Below, in pieces: positions 20,997 to 30,629 of a stretch of DNA of 64,000 nt (the stretch's first letter is position 1; the number at the start of each line of letters is the position of its first letter). Source of the stretch: Gammaproteobacteria bacterium. Its GTDB lineage: Bacteria; Pseudomonadota; Gammaproteobacteria; Ga0077536. Where the stretch lies: assembly GCA_009692265.1 (NCBI GenBank), contig SHZM01000008.1, forward strand, positions 7,991-71,990, written 5' to 3'. A program made the position numbers and the translations under genes. The notes under the pieces are model-generated. The model worked only from the letters and a program-made list of their open reading frames with translations. It was not told where the DNA came from and did not search any database.

Positions 20997-21767
20997 ATGC
21001 AAGATTTATTTAGTTTGACCGGTAAAGTGGCCGTCATCACCGGCGGTAGCGGCGGCATCGGTCTTGGCATTGCGAAGAGTTTAGCGCGGGCAGGCGCAGC
21101 CGTTGCGATCGTGGGTCGCAACTCGGGAAAGCCTGCTGCCGCGAGCGCGGGACTTGCGGCGGGCGGCGCGACGGCGCTCGCGATCCAGGCGGATGTTTCG
21201 GTGGAAGACGACGTTACTCGCCTCGTCGGCGATACCGTCGCCCGCTTCGGCAGGATCGATATTCTGGTGAACAACGCCGCGATCAGTTACGGCATCCTGC
21301 CGCAGGATATGAGCTTGGAAGTTTGGAATAATTTTATCGCGGTGAATCTCACCTCAGCGTTCCTGTGCGCGAAAGCCTGTTACCTGGAGATGCTTAAGGC
21401 CGGCAGTGGCAAGATCATCAATATCAGTTCAATCATCACGCAGTTCGGCCATCCGAAGCTCGCACACTACGCGGCAGCCAAGGGCGGCATGGATCACATG
21501 GCCCAAAGTCTCGCCTGCGCCTGGGGACCCGATAACATTCAGGTCAACGCGGTGCTGCCCGGTTTAGTCCACACCGAGATGATGCCCTGCGAAGGACCCA
21601 ACTCACGCGGACCGATCGTCGAGTACCTCGTGAATAGAACGGCGGTGAAACGCTATGGGATGCCGGCGGATTTCGCCGGAATCGCGATCCTGCTCGCGAG
21701 TCGCGCATCGGATTTCATCACCGGCTCGATTATTATCGTTGACGGCGGCTTGAGCCTCGCGATGTGA
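20997..21767 (+). CDS. SDR family oxidoreductase
   Basis: TGGSGGIG Rossmann motif and YxxxK catalytic motif. Confidence 0.85.
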   Translation: MQDLFSLTGKVAVITGGSGGIGLGIAKSLARAGAAVAIVGRNSGKPAAASAGLAAGGATALAIQADVSVEDDVTRLVGDTVARFGRIDILVNNAAISYGILPQDMSLEVWNNFIAVNLTSAFLCAKACYLEMLKAGSGKIINISSIITQFGHPKLAHYAAAKGGMDHMAQSLACAWGPDNIQVNAVLPGLVHTEMMPCEGPNSRGPIVEYLVNRTAVKRYGMPADFAGIAILLASRASDFITGSIIIVDGGLSLAM

Positions 21768-21800
21768 CCGCTGCGTAATGAAAAAAAACCGGAAACACCT

Positions 21801-23712
21801 ATGAACGATACTCTCGCTCCCGATCCACGCTTCGCGGAAGCCGTCGCCATCGCCAACATCCCTACATTGCTGATGGTGCTCGTTCAATTAACAGGCGATC
21901 TAGGCTGGTTGGAAGCGCCGTACCGGCTGCGGCGTCCCCGCGGCATGAACGACAACGACAGCGGCGGCTTGTCGGAAGTCTATCCAAGTTGAAATACGTG
22001 CGGCGGCGCTCGCTGCCATTCATGCGCAGCACGCGGGCCGACCTGTCGCCATCTCAATGCCGGACCGCGAACTGCGTCTAAGGATGCTGGCGGTGGCCAT
22101 GGGGGAGGAGATCCCAGCCGAGTACGATGCGATCATCGAGGTAGAACTACCGAGCCCCGAAGAGGCGATTCCGGCGCCGATAGACTTGCCACCGGATTTT
22201 GAAGTGCTCGTAATCGGTGCCGGGGTCTCTGGTCTGTGCGCGGCGGTAAATCTCAAACAGCGGGGGGTTGCGTTCACGGTACTTGAAAAGAGTGGCACGG
22301 TCGGCGGGATCTGGCGCGACAACCGCTATCCCGGGGCCGGGGTCGACACACCGAATCATCTCTATTCCTTTTCATTCGCGCCCTACGATTGGTCGATGTA
22401 TTTCGCGCTGCGCGACGAACTCAAGGAGTATCTGGAACACATCGCGGACAAGTTCGATTTGCGACCGCGGATTTATTTCAACACCGCCGTGGAGTCGCTC
22501 GCGTACGATGCGACGACCCAGCGCTGGCGAGTACAGGTAAGATTGCCGTCGGGCGATTTAGAAGTCCGCACGCCGAATGTCGTGATCAGTGCCGTCGGTA
22601 TTTTCAATCCGATCAAGTACCCGAACATTCCGGGCTTGGAGACCTTTGCGGGACCCTGTTTCCATACGGCTGAGTGGCCGGACGACATTGACTTAACTGA
22701 TAAGCGGGTTGTGGTGATCGGCAATGGTGCCTGCGCGATGCAGGTTGGCCCCGAGATCCAGAATCAAGTGAAAGCGTTGACAATCTTTCAGCGTTCGCCG
22801 CACTGGGCCGTGCCGCATGCCCATTTCCGCACGCCGATCCCGGAATCCCTGCGATTTTTGTTGCGTGAAGTGCCGCTGTATCGCATCTGGTATCGCTTGC
22901 GCCTCGGTTGGGCGTATGGCGATCGTGTACATGGCGCTTTGCAAAAGGACCCGGCCTGGCCACACCCGGAACGATCGCTCAATAGCGTCAACGATGCGCA
23001 TCGCGCCTATTTCACCCAATACGTCATCGAAGAACTTGGCGAGCGGGCAGATTTACTTGAGCAAGTACTCCCGACTTATCCGCCGTTTAGCGAGCGGCTG
23101 CTGATGGATAACGGCTGGTATCGCATGCTGCGCAACGAGCGGGTTAATCTCGTCTCGACACCGATTACCGAGATCACGCCGGCAGGTGTCGTGACGGATG
23201 ATGGCGAACGGCATGCCTCGGATATTCTCGTGATCGCGACAGGTTTCGACGTGCTGCGCTTCCTGACCAGCTTCGAGGCGCGCGGGCGCTCCGGTCGCAG
23301 TTTGCGCGAGGTGTGGAACGAAGACGATGCCAAGGCGTATCTCGGCACGGTCATCCCGGACTTTCCGAATTTCTTCTGTCTCTATGGCCCGAATCTTCAG
23401 CCCGGCCACGGCGGCAGCATCATGTTCGTGGTTGAGATGCAGATGCGCTATGTCATGGATGTGATCCGCAAGATGGGCCAGGCGAACGCGGGCGCGGTCG
23501 AATGCCGGGCGCAGGTGCACGATGCGTACAACGACGCAGTCGACGACCTGCATGCCAACATGGTTTGGACGCATCCGGGCATGCAGACTTACTACCGCAA
23601 TTCGCGCGGGCGGATCGTGGTGAACTCGCCGTATCTGAATTCGACTTATTTTGAAATGACTCGCGAGGCGAAGTCCGTTGATTTCGTCATCGAGCCGCGG
23701 ACTCGGGTTTAA
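21801..23712 (+). CDS. Baeyer-Villiger/flavin monooxygenase of the 4-hydroxyacetophenone monooxygenase (HAPMO) type with N-terminal extension; +1 frameshift near 21975-21992
   Basis: ORF 21801-21992 (ANIPTLLMVLVQLTGDLGWL) matches the HAPMO N-terminal extension ([20 protein letters not shown]). ORF 22057-23712 matches the FAD/NADPH domains (VLVIGAGVSG...GGIWRDNRYPGAGVDT...FSFAP). The two frames join across the TATCCAAGT run. Confidence 0.7.
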
Positions 23713-23745
23713 CGATGAAAAATCCTCTTCGGTAGAACAGTCGGC

Positions 23746-24276
23746 TTACAAAAATACCGATAAATTGTCATCCAGGATCACGTGCTGATCGAACACAATG
23801 TGGCGCTTGGCGAGTCGCCAGGTGCCATCAACCCACCGTAATCGATCGCGGCGGGCGGCGACGAACCACGCTTCCTCATCCTGGCGACGATTGCGATAGA
23901 GGAGAATATTCGAATACACCGCGAGTTCATCGTCCCGTGCGGTGGTTTCCGCTTCGATGTTGGTAACGAGGCGACGAATCCGCGACGGCGGATCTTCGAC
24001 CCACGCGAAACCGGTCTCGAAACGGGCCACGCGATCAGTTAAGTCGGAGAGGTCATCGTTATACACCGAGGCCGAATCAGCGGGCGTGGGTGGCGGACGG
24101 CGATCTTTGCGGAAACGATTCTCGCGGATCGGCAGCCAGTAATGGATGTCCTCGGTGAGCAGCGCCAGCCACGGGCGAAATTGCTCGTCATCAAGGTAGC
24201 GCGCTTCGCGAAACAAAAAAGTTTGGACTTCGAAGTAGAGGTCGAGCGGGACGCCGGTTCCTGCCACGGTGTTCAT
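23746..24276 (-). CDS. aromatic ring-hydroxylating dioxygenase beta (small) subunit
   Basis: 176-aa NTF2-like RHD beta subunit. Start overlaps the alpha stop. Confidence 0.85.
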   Translation of the reverse strand: MNTVAGTGVPLDLYFEVQTFLFREARYLDDEQFRPWLALLTEDIHYWLPIRENRFRKDRRPPPTPADSASVYNDDLSDLTDRVARFETGFAWVEDPPSRIRRLVTNIEAETTARDDELAVYSNILLYRNRRQDEEAWFVAARRDRLRWVDGTWRLAKRHIVFDQHVILDDNLSVFL

Positions 24277-25595
24277 CGGCGCGCATCCTGGCGACGACGC
24301 GTGATGATTTCATCCCAGTCCTTGGCGGTCATCATTGTCTTCCACATGCGTAGAAAATTCCGATGCGCGGCCTCGTTATCGGCGGGCTCCGAAATCATGC
24401 TGGGGTACTCATCACGGAAGGTTTCACGCCCGAGCCCCATTTCGGTATTCAGCGGCTGCTGACGGGTAATCACGCCGTCCGAGGAGTGGGTATTGCCCTC
24501 CATGTTCTCTCCGTCGTCGCCTTCGAGCAGGCCGGCTGCGCCAAAGGTTTTTTCATTCGAATGTCGGATCCCTCGCTTGAGTTCCTCAGGCATCTCGCTT
24601 TCGACCAAGGTCCAGGTCCAGACCTCGACTTCGCGTGGTCCGCGCGGCTGCCTGACTTTCCAGGTATCGATGCCGCGCAGGAATGAAGTATTCGGAAACA
24701 TGCCGCCATCCCAGATCGCGTTGTAAAGCCGAGCACGTTCGGTCCCGAGCTTGTCGCGCACGACCGGCAGTCGGCTGCGCATCCAGTCTTCAAACATTGT
24801 CGCGATCCGGCCCTGATGAATGCTGGGGAACAGGTCATCGGTGCCGGGCGAGGCATTGAAACCGTGACCGAAAGTTGTCGCGAATTGGGTGCCTGGCGCA
24901 ACGGCTTGGTTGCCCTGAATCATCCCCAGCGCGCCCCCGATGACTTTGATCGCCGCCGCATGGGTCCAGCCGGCGTGATAAAAATCACCGATGAAATTCT
25001 CGACGAAAAATTTCCAGTTTGCCTTGAAGCGTACCTTAATCGGTGGCCCGAGCAATTCGGCACCGCCGGGTACGTCCATGAAGCTGTCGAAGTACCAGGC
25101 CATCTCACCCAGATAATCGAGGAGGGAGGGCGCTTCCGGATCGAAATTGCCATAGACGAAACCGCGATAGGATTCGACCCGGGCCTGCCTGAGGCCGAGC
25201 CGTTTTCGATCAAGCGGCTCGGTATAAATTTCCTTCTCCAACGGAACGTCGGCGAGATCACCATTAAGCCCGTAGACCCAACCGTGGTAGTTGCAGGTGA
25301 AGCTGCGCACGTTGCCGGAATCGGCGCGACACACAATATTGCCGCGGTGATTACAGGAATTCAGAAACGCGCGGATCACGCCATCACCGCCGCGCGAGAC
25401 GATTACGCGATCCTCCCCCATAAAAGTGGTGATGAAGTCACCGGGATTCGGAATCAGCGACTCGTGGGTGAGAAACAGCCAGGAGCGGGCGAACACCTGC
25501 TCCAGTTCCTGCGCGTAGAGATCTTCATTCCAGTAGATCTCGCGGTTCTGGGTCCCTCCGTCGGCGCGCAACAGTCTACGAAAATCCGTGATCAT
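24273..25595 (-). CDS. Rieske non-heme iron aromatic ring-hydroxylating dioxygenase alpha subunit
   Basis: Rieske CNHRGNIVCRAD...CNYHGW. 440 aa with a mononuclear-iron catalytic domain. Confidence 0.9.
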   Translation of the reverse strand: MITDFRRLLRADGGTQNREIYWNEDLYAQELEQVFARSWLFLTHESLIPNPGDFITTFMGEDRVIVSRGGDGVIRAFLNSCNHRGNIVCRADSGNVRSFTCNYHGWVYGLNGDLADVPLEKEIYTEPLDRKRLGLRQARVESYRGFVYGNFDPEAPSLLDYLGEMAWYFDSFMDVPGGAELLGPPIKVRFKANWKFFVENFIGDFYHAGWTHAAAIKVIGGALGMIQGNQAVAPGTQFATTFGHGFNASPGTDDLFPSIHQGRIATMFEDWMRSRLPVVRDKLGTERARLYNAIWDGGMFPNTSFLRGIDTWKVRQPRGPREVEVWTWTLVESEMPEELKRGIRHSNEKTFGAAGLLEGDDGENMEGNTHSSDGVITRQQPLNTEMGLGRETFRDEYPSMISEPADNEAAHRNFLRMWKTMMTAKDWDEIITRRRQDARR

Positions 25596-25729
25596 GCGGG
25601 TGCATCCTGCCCTGCGCCAGCAGCCAGTGCCGCGGTGACTTGGCTGTGAAAATGTGCGAGCGAGGGCGCGTGTTTTCCGAAGATATGGGGTAGTCGTTTT
25701 GCCTGCTCAACCTGAGTTTGATGATCCAT
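25592..25729 (-). CDS. small ORF (45 aa) translationally coupled to the Rieske alpha gene
   Basis: Not in the ORF track (shorter than 60 aa). ATG at 25729-25727 preceded by GAGGTG. Its TGA overlaps the alpha ATG (ATGA). No homology recognised. Confidence 0.25.
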   Translation of the reverse strand: MDHQTQVEQAKRLPHIFGKHAPSLAHFHSQVTAALAAGAGQDAPA

Positions 25730-25755
25730 AGCCACCTCTGTTGGTCGCTTACTAA

Positions 25756-25947
25756 CTAGGTACACGGCGCGGCCACCCGGCCGACTTTTTCGCGCGCGAT
25801 GATCATTTTCTGGATCTGCGGTGCCATCACCAAATCAATATGGCCCGCGTTTTCGCGTGCTTTGTAGTGCGGCAGCAGACATGTTTGTGCAAAGCGACGC
25901 GCGGTTTCGCGAATCGCGATTTGTTCTGCTGAAAAAGCGAAATCCAT
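25756..25947 (-). CDS. small ORF (63 aa) whose N-terminus resembles the start of acyl-CoA dehydrogenases (possible gene remnant)
   Basis: MDFAFSAEQIAIRETARRFAQ is ACAD-like, followed by a stop after 63 aa. Lies between the two dioxygenase gene pairs. Confidence 0.2.
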   Translation of the reverse strand: MDFAFSAEQIAIRETARRFAQTCLLPHYKARENAGHIDLVMAPQIQKMIIAREKVGRVAAPCT

Positions 25948-26003
25948 GCTTGTGTTGCTTTCAATTAACGGGTGCGATACCGCGACTTAGGAGCCGGGCG
26001 GAA

Positions 26004-26522
26004 CTACACGCTGTAGATATCAAGCACATTGGGAATGCGATCGTTGGCAACGATGACGGTGCGCTTGGCAATTTTGAGTCCGGCCGCGGTTGGTCGCAGT
26101 CGATGGGTTTGTTGACCAAAGAAATAATGCTGTTGATTGACCCTGAAACCGTGGGTCGTAAAGTTCAACTCGACTATTAAATCACCGTCCTGTGCAGTAA
26201 TCCGCGCAATCTGAGTCATGTGGCAGGTTCGTGGGAGCGGAGTCGAGGCCAGCGACTTGCCGGTGCGTAAGCGAAACACGCGACCTTCGAGTCCCGCTCG
26301 GTTGCCGTAGTAGATCAAAGACAGCTCGGCGTTCGGATCGCTGGTCAGCGCGTGCTCGCCGTCCCAACACGGCAGCCAGTATTCGGCTTCCTCCAGGTAC
26401 AGATTCAACCACCCATCCCAGTCGCGTTGATCGAGCAGCCAGCCTTCGAGCGCGATCAGCTCACGCGCGGCACGCTGCAGATCCGACTCAGGCGACATGT
26501 CGCGCCGCCTCAGACGGCTCAC
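26004..26522 (-). CDS. aromatic ring-hydroxylating dioxygenase beta subunit (second copy)
   Basis: 172-aa NTF2-like protein, paralogous to 23746-24276. Confidence 0.85.
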   Translation of the reverse strand: MSRLRRRDMSPESDLQRAARELIALEGWLLDQRDWDGWLNLYLEEAEYWLPCWDGEHALTSDPNAELSLIYYGNRAGLEGRVFRLRTGKSLASTPLPRTCHMTQIARITAQDGDLIVELNFTTHGFRVNQQHYFFGQQTHRLRPTAAGLKIAKRTVIVANDRIPNVLDIYSV

Positions 26523-27855
26523 GGGCCAGGCCCGCCAACAATAGTTCTAACCAACGTTCGTGTAACGAGAGGTAGATCCCTTCATCTTGGAAATACGAAC
26601 CACTGAAGCGCGGCTTCAGATCAATCAGACGCGCGGCGTCATCAGCGCCTTCGACGAGGTGCGTGGCCCCGCGCGAGATATCGCTTCACTCGCTCGCGCT
26701 CGCATTGAAGCCAACCTGACTGGCGTTGAACGCGGCGAGATCATCCGGGGTGGCCATGCCACTCGCATTGAAGAAATCTTCGTATTGTCGAAAGCGGCGC
26801 GCGCGGGCGGCCGCGCGCTCACCGACGGGTGCGAAGCAAATCGCTTTAACTTCGGTTTTATCGACTGAAAGCGGCCGGAAGACTCTGATCTGCGAGCTGG
26901 TCTGGTCCATGATGAAGACATTGGGATAGAGCAACAGGTTGCGCAGGTATCTCGTCATCCAGTTCGCGCGGTTGGTTCCGACCCTGGCGAGCAGCGCGTC
27001 GCGCTGTTCCCAGCCGGGACGAACCTGAGGATTCGGCCACTCGTTCCATAGTAGGACGTGCCCGTTTTCGAACCCGAAAAAACCGCCGCGTAGTTTATCG
27101 AGCGAACCAACGTCAGCTGCCTTAACCGGATCCTTCTCTGCGAGCAGGCGCTGGCGGTTGCCGATGGTTTGGACGTAATTCGCGTGAATGGTGTTGACGT
27201 GGTAACCATCGACGCCATTCTCCGCCTGCAGTTTCCAGTTCCCGTCAAAGGTATACGACTGGATACCGCGGAGAATTTCGATTTTGCCTTCGGGGTGTTG
27301 ATCAACGATGAGATCGATGCACTTCGTGGCTTCGCCGAGATGCGCTTCGAGGGAAGGGACATTTGCATTCAAGCTGCCGAAAATGAAACCGCGATAGCTC
27401 GCGATCTTGGCGATCGCCTTGAGATTCATCGCGGTTTTGTCGAAAGCGGCACTGTAACCCGCCCTCGGGGATTCGCCACAATCGGCGAGTTCGCCGTTCG
27501 AACGGTAGCACCAACCATGAAAGGGACACATGAATATTTTCTTGTTGCCGCGCGCGAGGTTTTCGATCATTGCCCCGCGATGCTGGCAGGCATTGATGAA
27601 TCCGCCGAGCTCGCCATTACCGTTGCGATTCACGATCACCGGCTGACGTCCAATGAACGTGGTGACGAAATCGTGCGGGGAGGGGAGCTGGCTTTCGTGC
27701 GCGAGATAAACCCAGGTGCCGCCGAAGATGTGCTTCAGCTCCAATTCGAAAATCGCGGGGTCGGTGAACATACGGCGATGGATGCGGTACAACCCACGCG
27801 CAGGATCGGCGTCGATCATGGAGCGCAGCACTTCGCTGGTAATAGTCACGCACAC
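26512..27855 (-). CDS. Rieske dioxygenase alpha subunit (second copy) with in-frame TGA at 26686-26684
   Basis: Rieske CQHRGAMIEN...CPFHGW. The ORF track ends at the TGA (389 aa), but the same frame continues for 55 codons (…DEGIYLSLHERWLELLLAG…) that align with the C-terminus of the paralog (…NEAAHRNFLRMWKTMMTA…). The extended frame ends in a stop that overlaps the beta-subunit ATG. Confidence 0.75.
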
Positions 27856-27919
27856 CTCATCGCCGTTACTGGCGGTGGCACTCAGGACCCGGGTGGAAAT
27901 AATCTTTACATTCGGCTGC

Positions 27920-28004
27920 TTCTAAGCGATTGCTGCGGCGTTGCGTTTCTTGGCAATGGGCCCACCATTCCCGGCGAAACGCGCCTTGCAGCAATCGCTT
28001 AGAA
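27920..28004. repeat. 85-nt extended palindrome (perfect 17-bp terminal inverted repeats TTCTAAGCGATTGCTGC / GCAGCAATCGCTTAGAA)
   Basis: Seen directly in the sequence. Lies between the Rieske alpha start and the tRNA-Leu 3' end. Inner arms are partially complementary. Confidence 0.6.
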
Positions 28005-28108
28005 ACACCCTCGGTGTGACAAGATTACTTCCGCCCGGGTCCTTAGGCCGGATGCAAGAGTTCTTTAAGATCGCCCGGCCGCTTTCGATTGATTCAAATT
28101 ATTGTTAG

Positions 28109-28195
28109 TGGTGCCCGAAGCCGGAATCGAACCGGCACGAGGTTTCCCTCTCCGGATTTTAAGTCCGGTGCGTCTACCAATTCCGCCACCCGGGC
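28109..28195 (-). tRNA. tRNA-Leu (anticodon TAA), long variable arm, encoded CCA
   Basis: The reverse complement folds as GCCCGGGTGGCGGAATTGGTAGACGCACCGGACTTAAAATCCGG...GGTTCGATTCCGGCTTCGGGCACCA. The anticodon loop is CTTAAAA. Confidence 0.85.
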
Positions 28196-28465
28196 AGGTG
28201 TTATAAGCGGTTGTACCTGACGCAGGATTGCTCCTGCGCTGGTGTTACGTGCGTAATCGTAAGAGATGACCGAGCACGCGGCGGATTCTAACGCAACGAC
28301 GAATCCGGCGACAGATTAGAATTTTTTCGGTCACGCCAATGTGCCAGGTGGGTGACGGAATAAGAAATCAGTACTCGGTCCCTTATCGGCAATGGCGGCA
28401 GGTACATGCGAGACCATCAACGTCCCCTTTGAAAAAGGGGGACGCCGTGTAACGGCGGGGAGATT

Positions 28466-29644
28466 TCAGGGGTCGATGTAACAAAGAATCTGAGCAGCGA
28501 CTCGTTCACCCTGCGCACCAAGTGCAATCAATTCGTTCGCAAAGGTGGTGACGCAATGGCTGTACTCAAGGTAATTCAGACGTTCGGCACCGTTAACTAG
28601 CGTTTCGCCGGTTGGATTTTTCTGGGCTGCGTCGAGCAGCATGTGCACCACGGTCAGATGGCAGGGTGGGGGAGGCGTGCTCGCAGGCGATCCGATGTTC
28701 GCCAATCGTACCTTCGGTGGTGACCGCAGGCTCGGCATTCTTGACCAGCGCCACATCAAACGAGGTTCCGCTCATGTCGACGGTGATCAAATTCCGAAAC
28801 CCGTGCGGACTGCCGTAGAACATCCCGGCGAGTGGCGCGCCGGCCGGGCCAGACAGCAATGTATTGGAGGCGAAGCGTTGCGCGACATCGGGTGCCATCA
28901 CGCCACCATTCGATTGCATGATGAGTAGATCGCCGCGGAAGTCATGCGCGGCCAGCGCTGTTTGCAGGCGGGTCAGGTAGCGCGTAAGTACCGGGCCGAC
29001 GTAGGCGTTGAGCGCGGTGGTGCTGTGGCGTTCGTAGACGCGGATCTGCTGCAGCATCTCGCTCGAAAGCGAGACATAGACTTCGGGTAATTCGGTACGC
29101 AGGATTTCCGCGATCTGTTGTTCATGTCGAGGATTTTTGAACGACCAGAGGGGCGACTCCGCGATTGCCTCGACTTGATCAACTTTAAAAGCGCGCACCG
29201 CAGCGTGCGCATCGTCGAGCTTCAAGGGGGGCTAGCACGCGGCCGGAGTAATCAATCCTTATCTTCGACAACTTGGATTCGATGGCGCGGAATCAGTGCC
29301 GGCGGCGCGGGGTATTTTTCAAACTGACGCTCCTTCACTCCGCGCCGCATGTTCAATATATCGCGAAACCCTTTCGTCGTAATAAAGCCGGTGCGTGCGC
29401 CATCGCCGGTAAGGATCGCATTGGTCGTAATCGTCGTGCCGTGGACGATGGTCGTGACCTGATCGAGCAACTCTGCAATGGACAGACCGCGCGAGTGCGC
29501 TTCCGTCTCCAATCCTTTGAAAAAGCCGCGCGAAGGATCATGCGGGGTCGTCGAGGCTTTAACTATCTCCGCGTTACCCGCCGAGTCCGTCACCAGGAAA
29601 TCTGTGAAGGTGCCGCCGACATCGACGCCGATACGCAAGCTCAT
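28466..29644 (-). pseudogene. hydantoinase/oxoprolinase HyuA-family gene remnant (three frame-shifted fragments, C-terminally truncated)
   Basis: The fragments 29644-29252 (MSLRIGVDVGGTFTDF…), 29225-28593 (…VSLSSEML…HSTTALNAYVGPV…LIMQSNGG…DMSGTSFDVALV) and 28759-28466 lie in three different frames. Together they cover only about 390 of the ~680 aa expected. Confidence 0.6.
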
Positions 29645-29729
29645 TGTTCCCTACACCGAAGGCGTTTCATGCGCTGACGGTCGCAGGGGCAACTGCAGCT
29701 GACACTCTTTATGGTCTGGAAGCGAAAGC

Positions 29730-30533
29730 CTACCCCAAAAATTCGCGCACCTTTGCGGTCAGTATTTCGCACTGCTCCAACGGCGGTTCATGTCCGCACT
29801 GCGGAAGCATCATCACTTCAGCATTATTCAGGGCCTTACCGAATTCCTGCGCATACACAGTTGGGATGAGCTTGTCGTTTTCACCCCAGACGACAAGGCT
29901 CGGCGCGGTCACGCGGTGAATGCGTTTGCGTAAGCCCTTATCGGGGATCGGCCAGATGACTTTCGCGGTGCAGCCCAAGGTCCACATGAGGTGCACCTGC
30001 CATAACTCGGCGGCGTCCTTACCGACCGACGGTGGGGTCATGCGTCTAACTACACGCGGATGCTGCTTGTCGTAGAACAGCACATCCATGAGCTCGTTGC
30101 CGTCGAGCGCGCACCAGTTGGCGACGGTGTAGGGGGCGTCGTCGCGCCACAGCCCGATCGGTGAAATCAACACCAGTTTGTCGATCGCTTTGGGGTGATG
30201 CGCGGCGAGTTCAGCGGCTAACAGTCCGCCAAAGGAATGGCCGATCAGGCGCACTTTCTTCAGGCCTAGGCCGTCGAGGAGATCGTCGTAGGCTGTCACG
30301 ACATCCCACAGGTTACCGACAAGATCGATCTCGTTCGGGCGGCCCGGTGCGGTGCCGGGAAAATGCGGGGCGTAGACCTTGTAGTGATCGGCGAGGCCGT
30401 CGAGAAAATCATCCCAGTAATAGCCACCGGCGGAATGGAGATAGAGCAGAGGCTTGCCCGTGCCCGCGATGTTGACGGTGATTTCCAGGGCACCACCGAG
30501 GACGGGGATGACTTTTTTTCGGGGCTTGTGCAT
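29730..30533 (-). CDS. alpha/beta hydrolase (meta-cleavage-product hydrolase-like)
   Basis: 267 aa with a GHSFGG nucleophile elbow. Confidence 0.75.
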   Translation of the reverse strand: MHKPRKKVIPVLGGALEITVNIAGTGKPLLYLHSAGGYYWDDFLDGLADHYKVYAPHFPGTAPGRPNEIDLVGNLWDVVTAYDDLLDGLGLKKVRLIGHSFGGLLAAELAAHHPKAIDKLVLISPIGLWRDDAPYTVANWCALDGNELMDVLFYDKQHPRVVRRMTPPSVGKDAAELWQVHLMWTLGCTAKVIWPIPDKGLRKRIHRVTAPSLVVWGENDKLIPTVYAQEFGKALNNAEVMMLPQCGHEPPLEQCEILTAKVREFLG

Positions 30534-30629
30534 GGTGGTTCTCTGGGTGGTCGCTTAACGTTGACGAAACTAAACAGCTCTAAAAACTAAGGCCGGGCTG
30601 GCACGCGGCAGGTGTTGCACCAAGCCCCA

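Noticed and set aside
25756-25947. Interpreting the 63-aa ORF as a functional acyl-CoA dehydrogenase
   Set aside because: Only the first ~20 residues resemble an ACAD N-terminus and the frame stops after 63 aa with no continuation. It is at most a remnant or an unrelated small ORF, and is kept as a low-confidence feature only.
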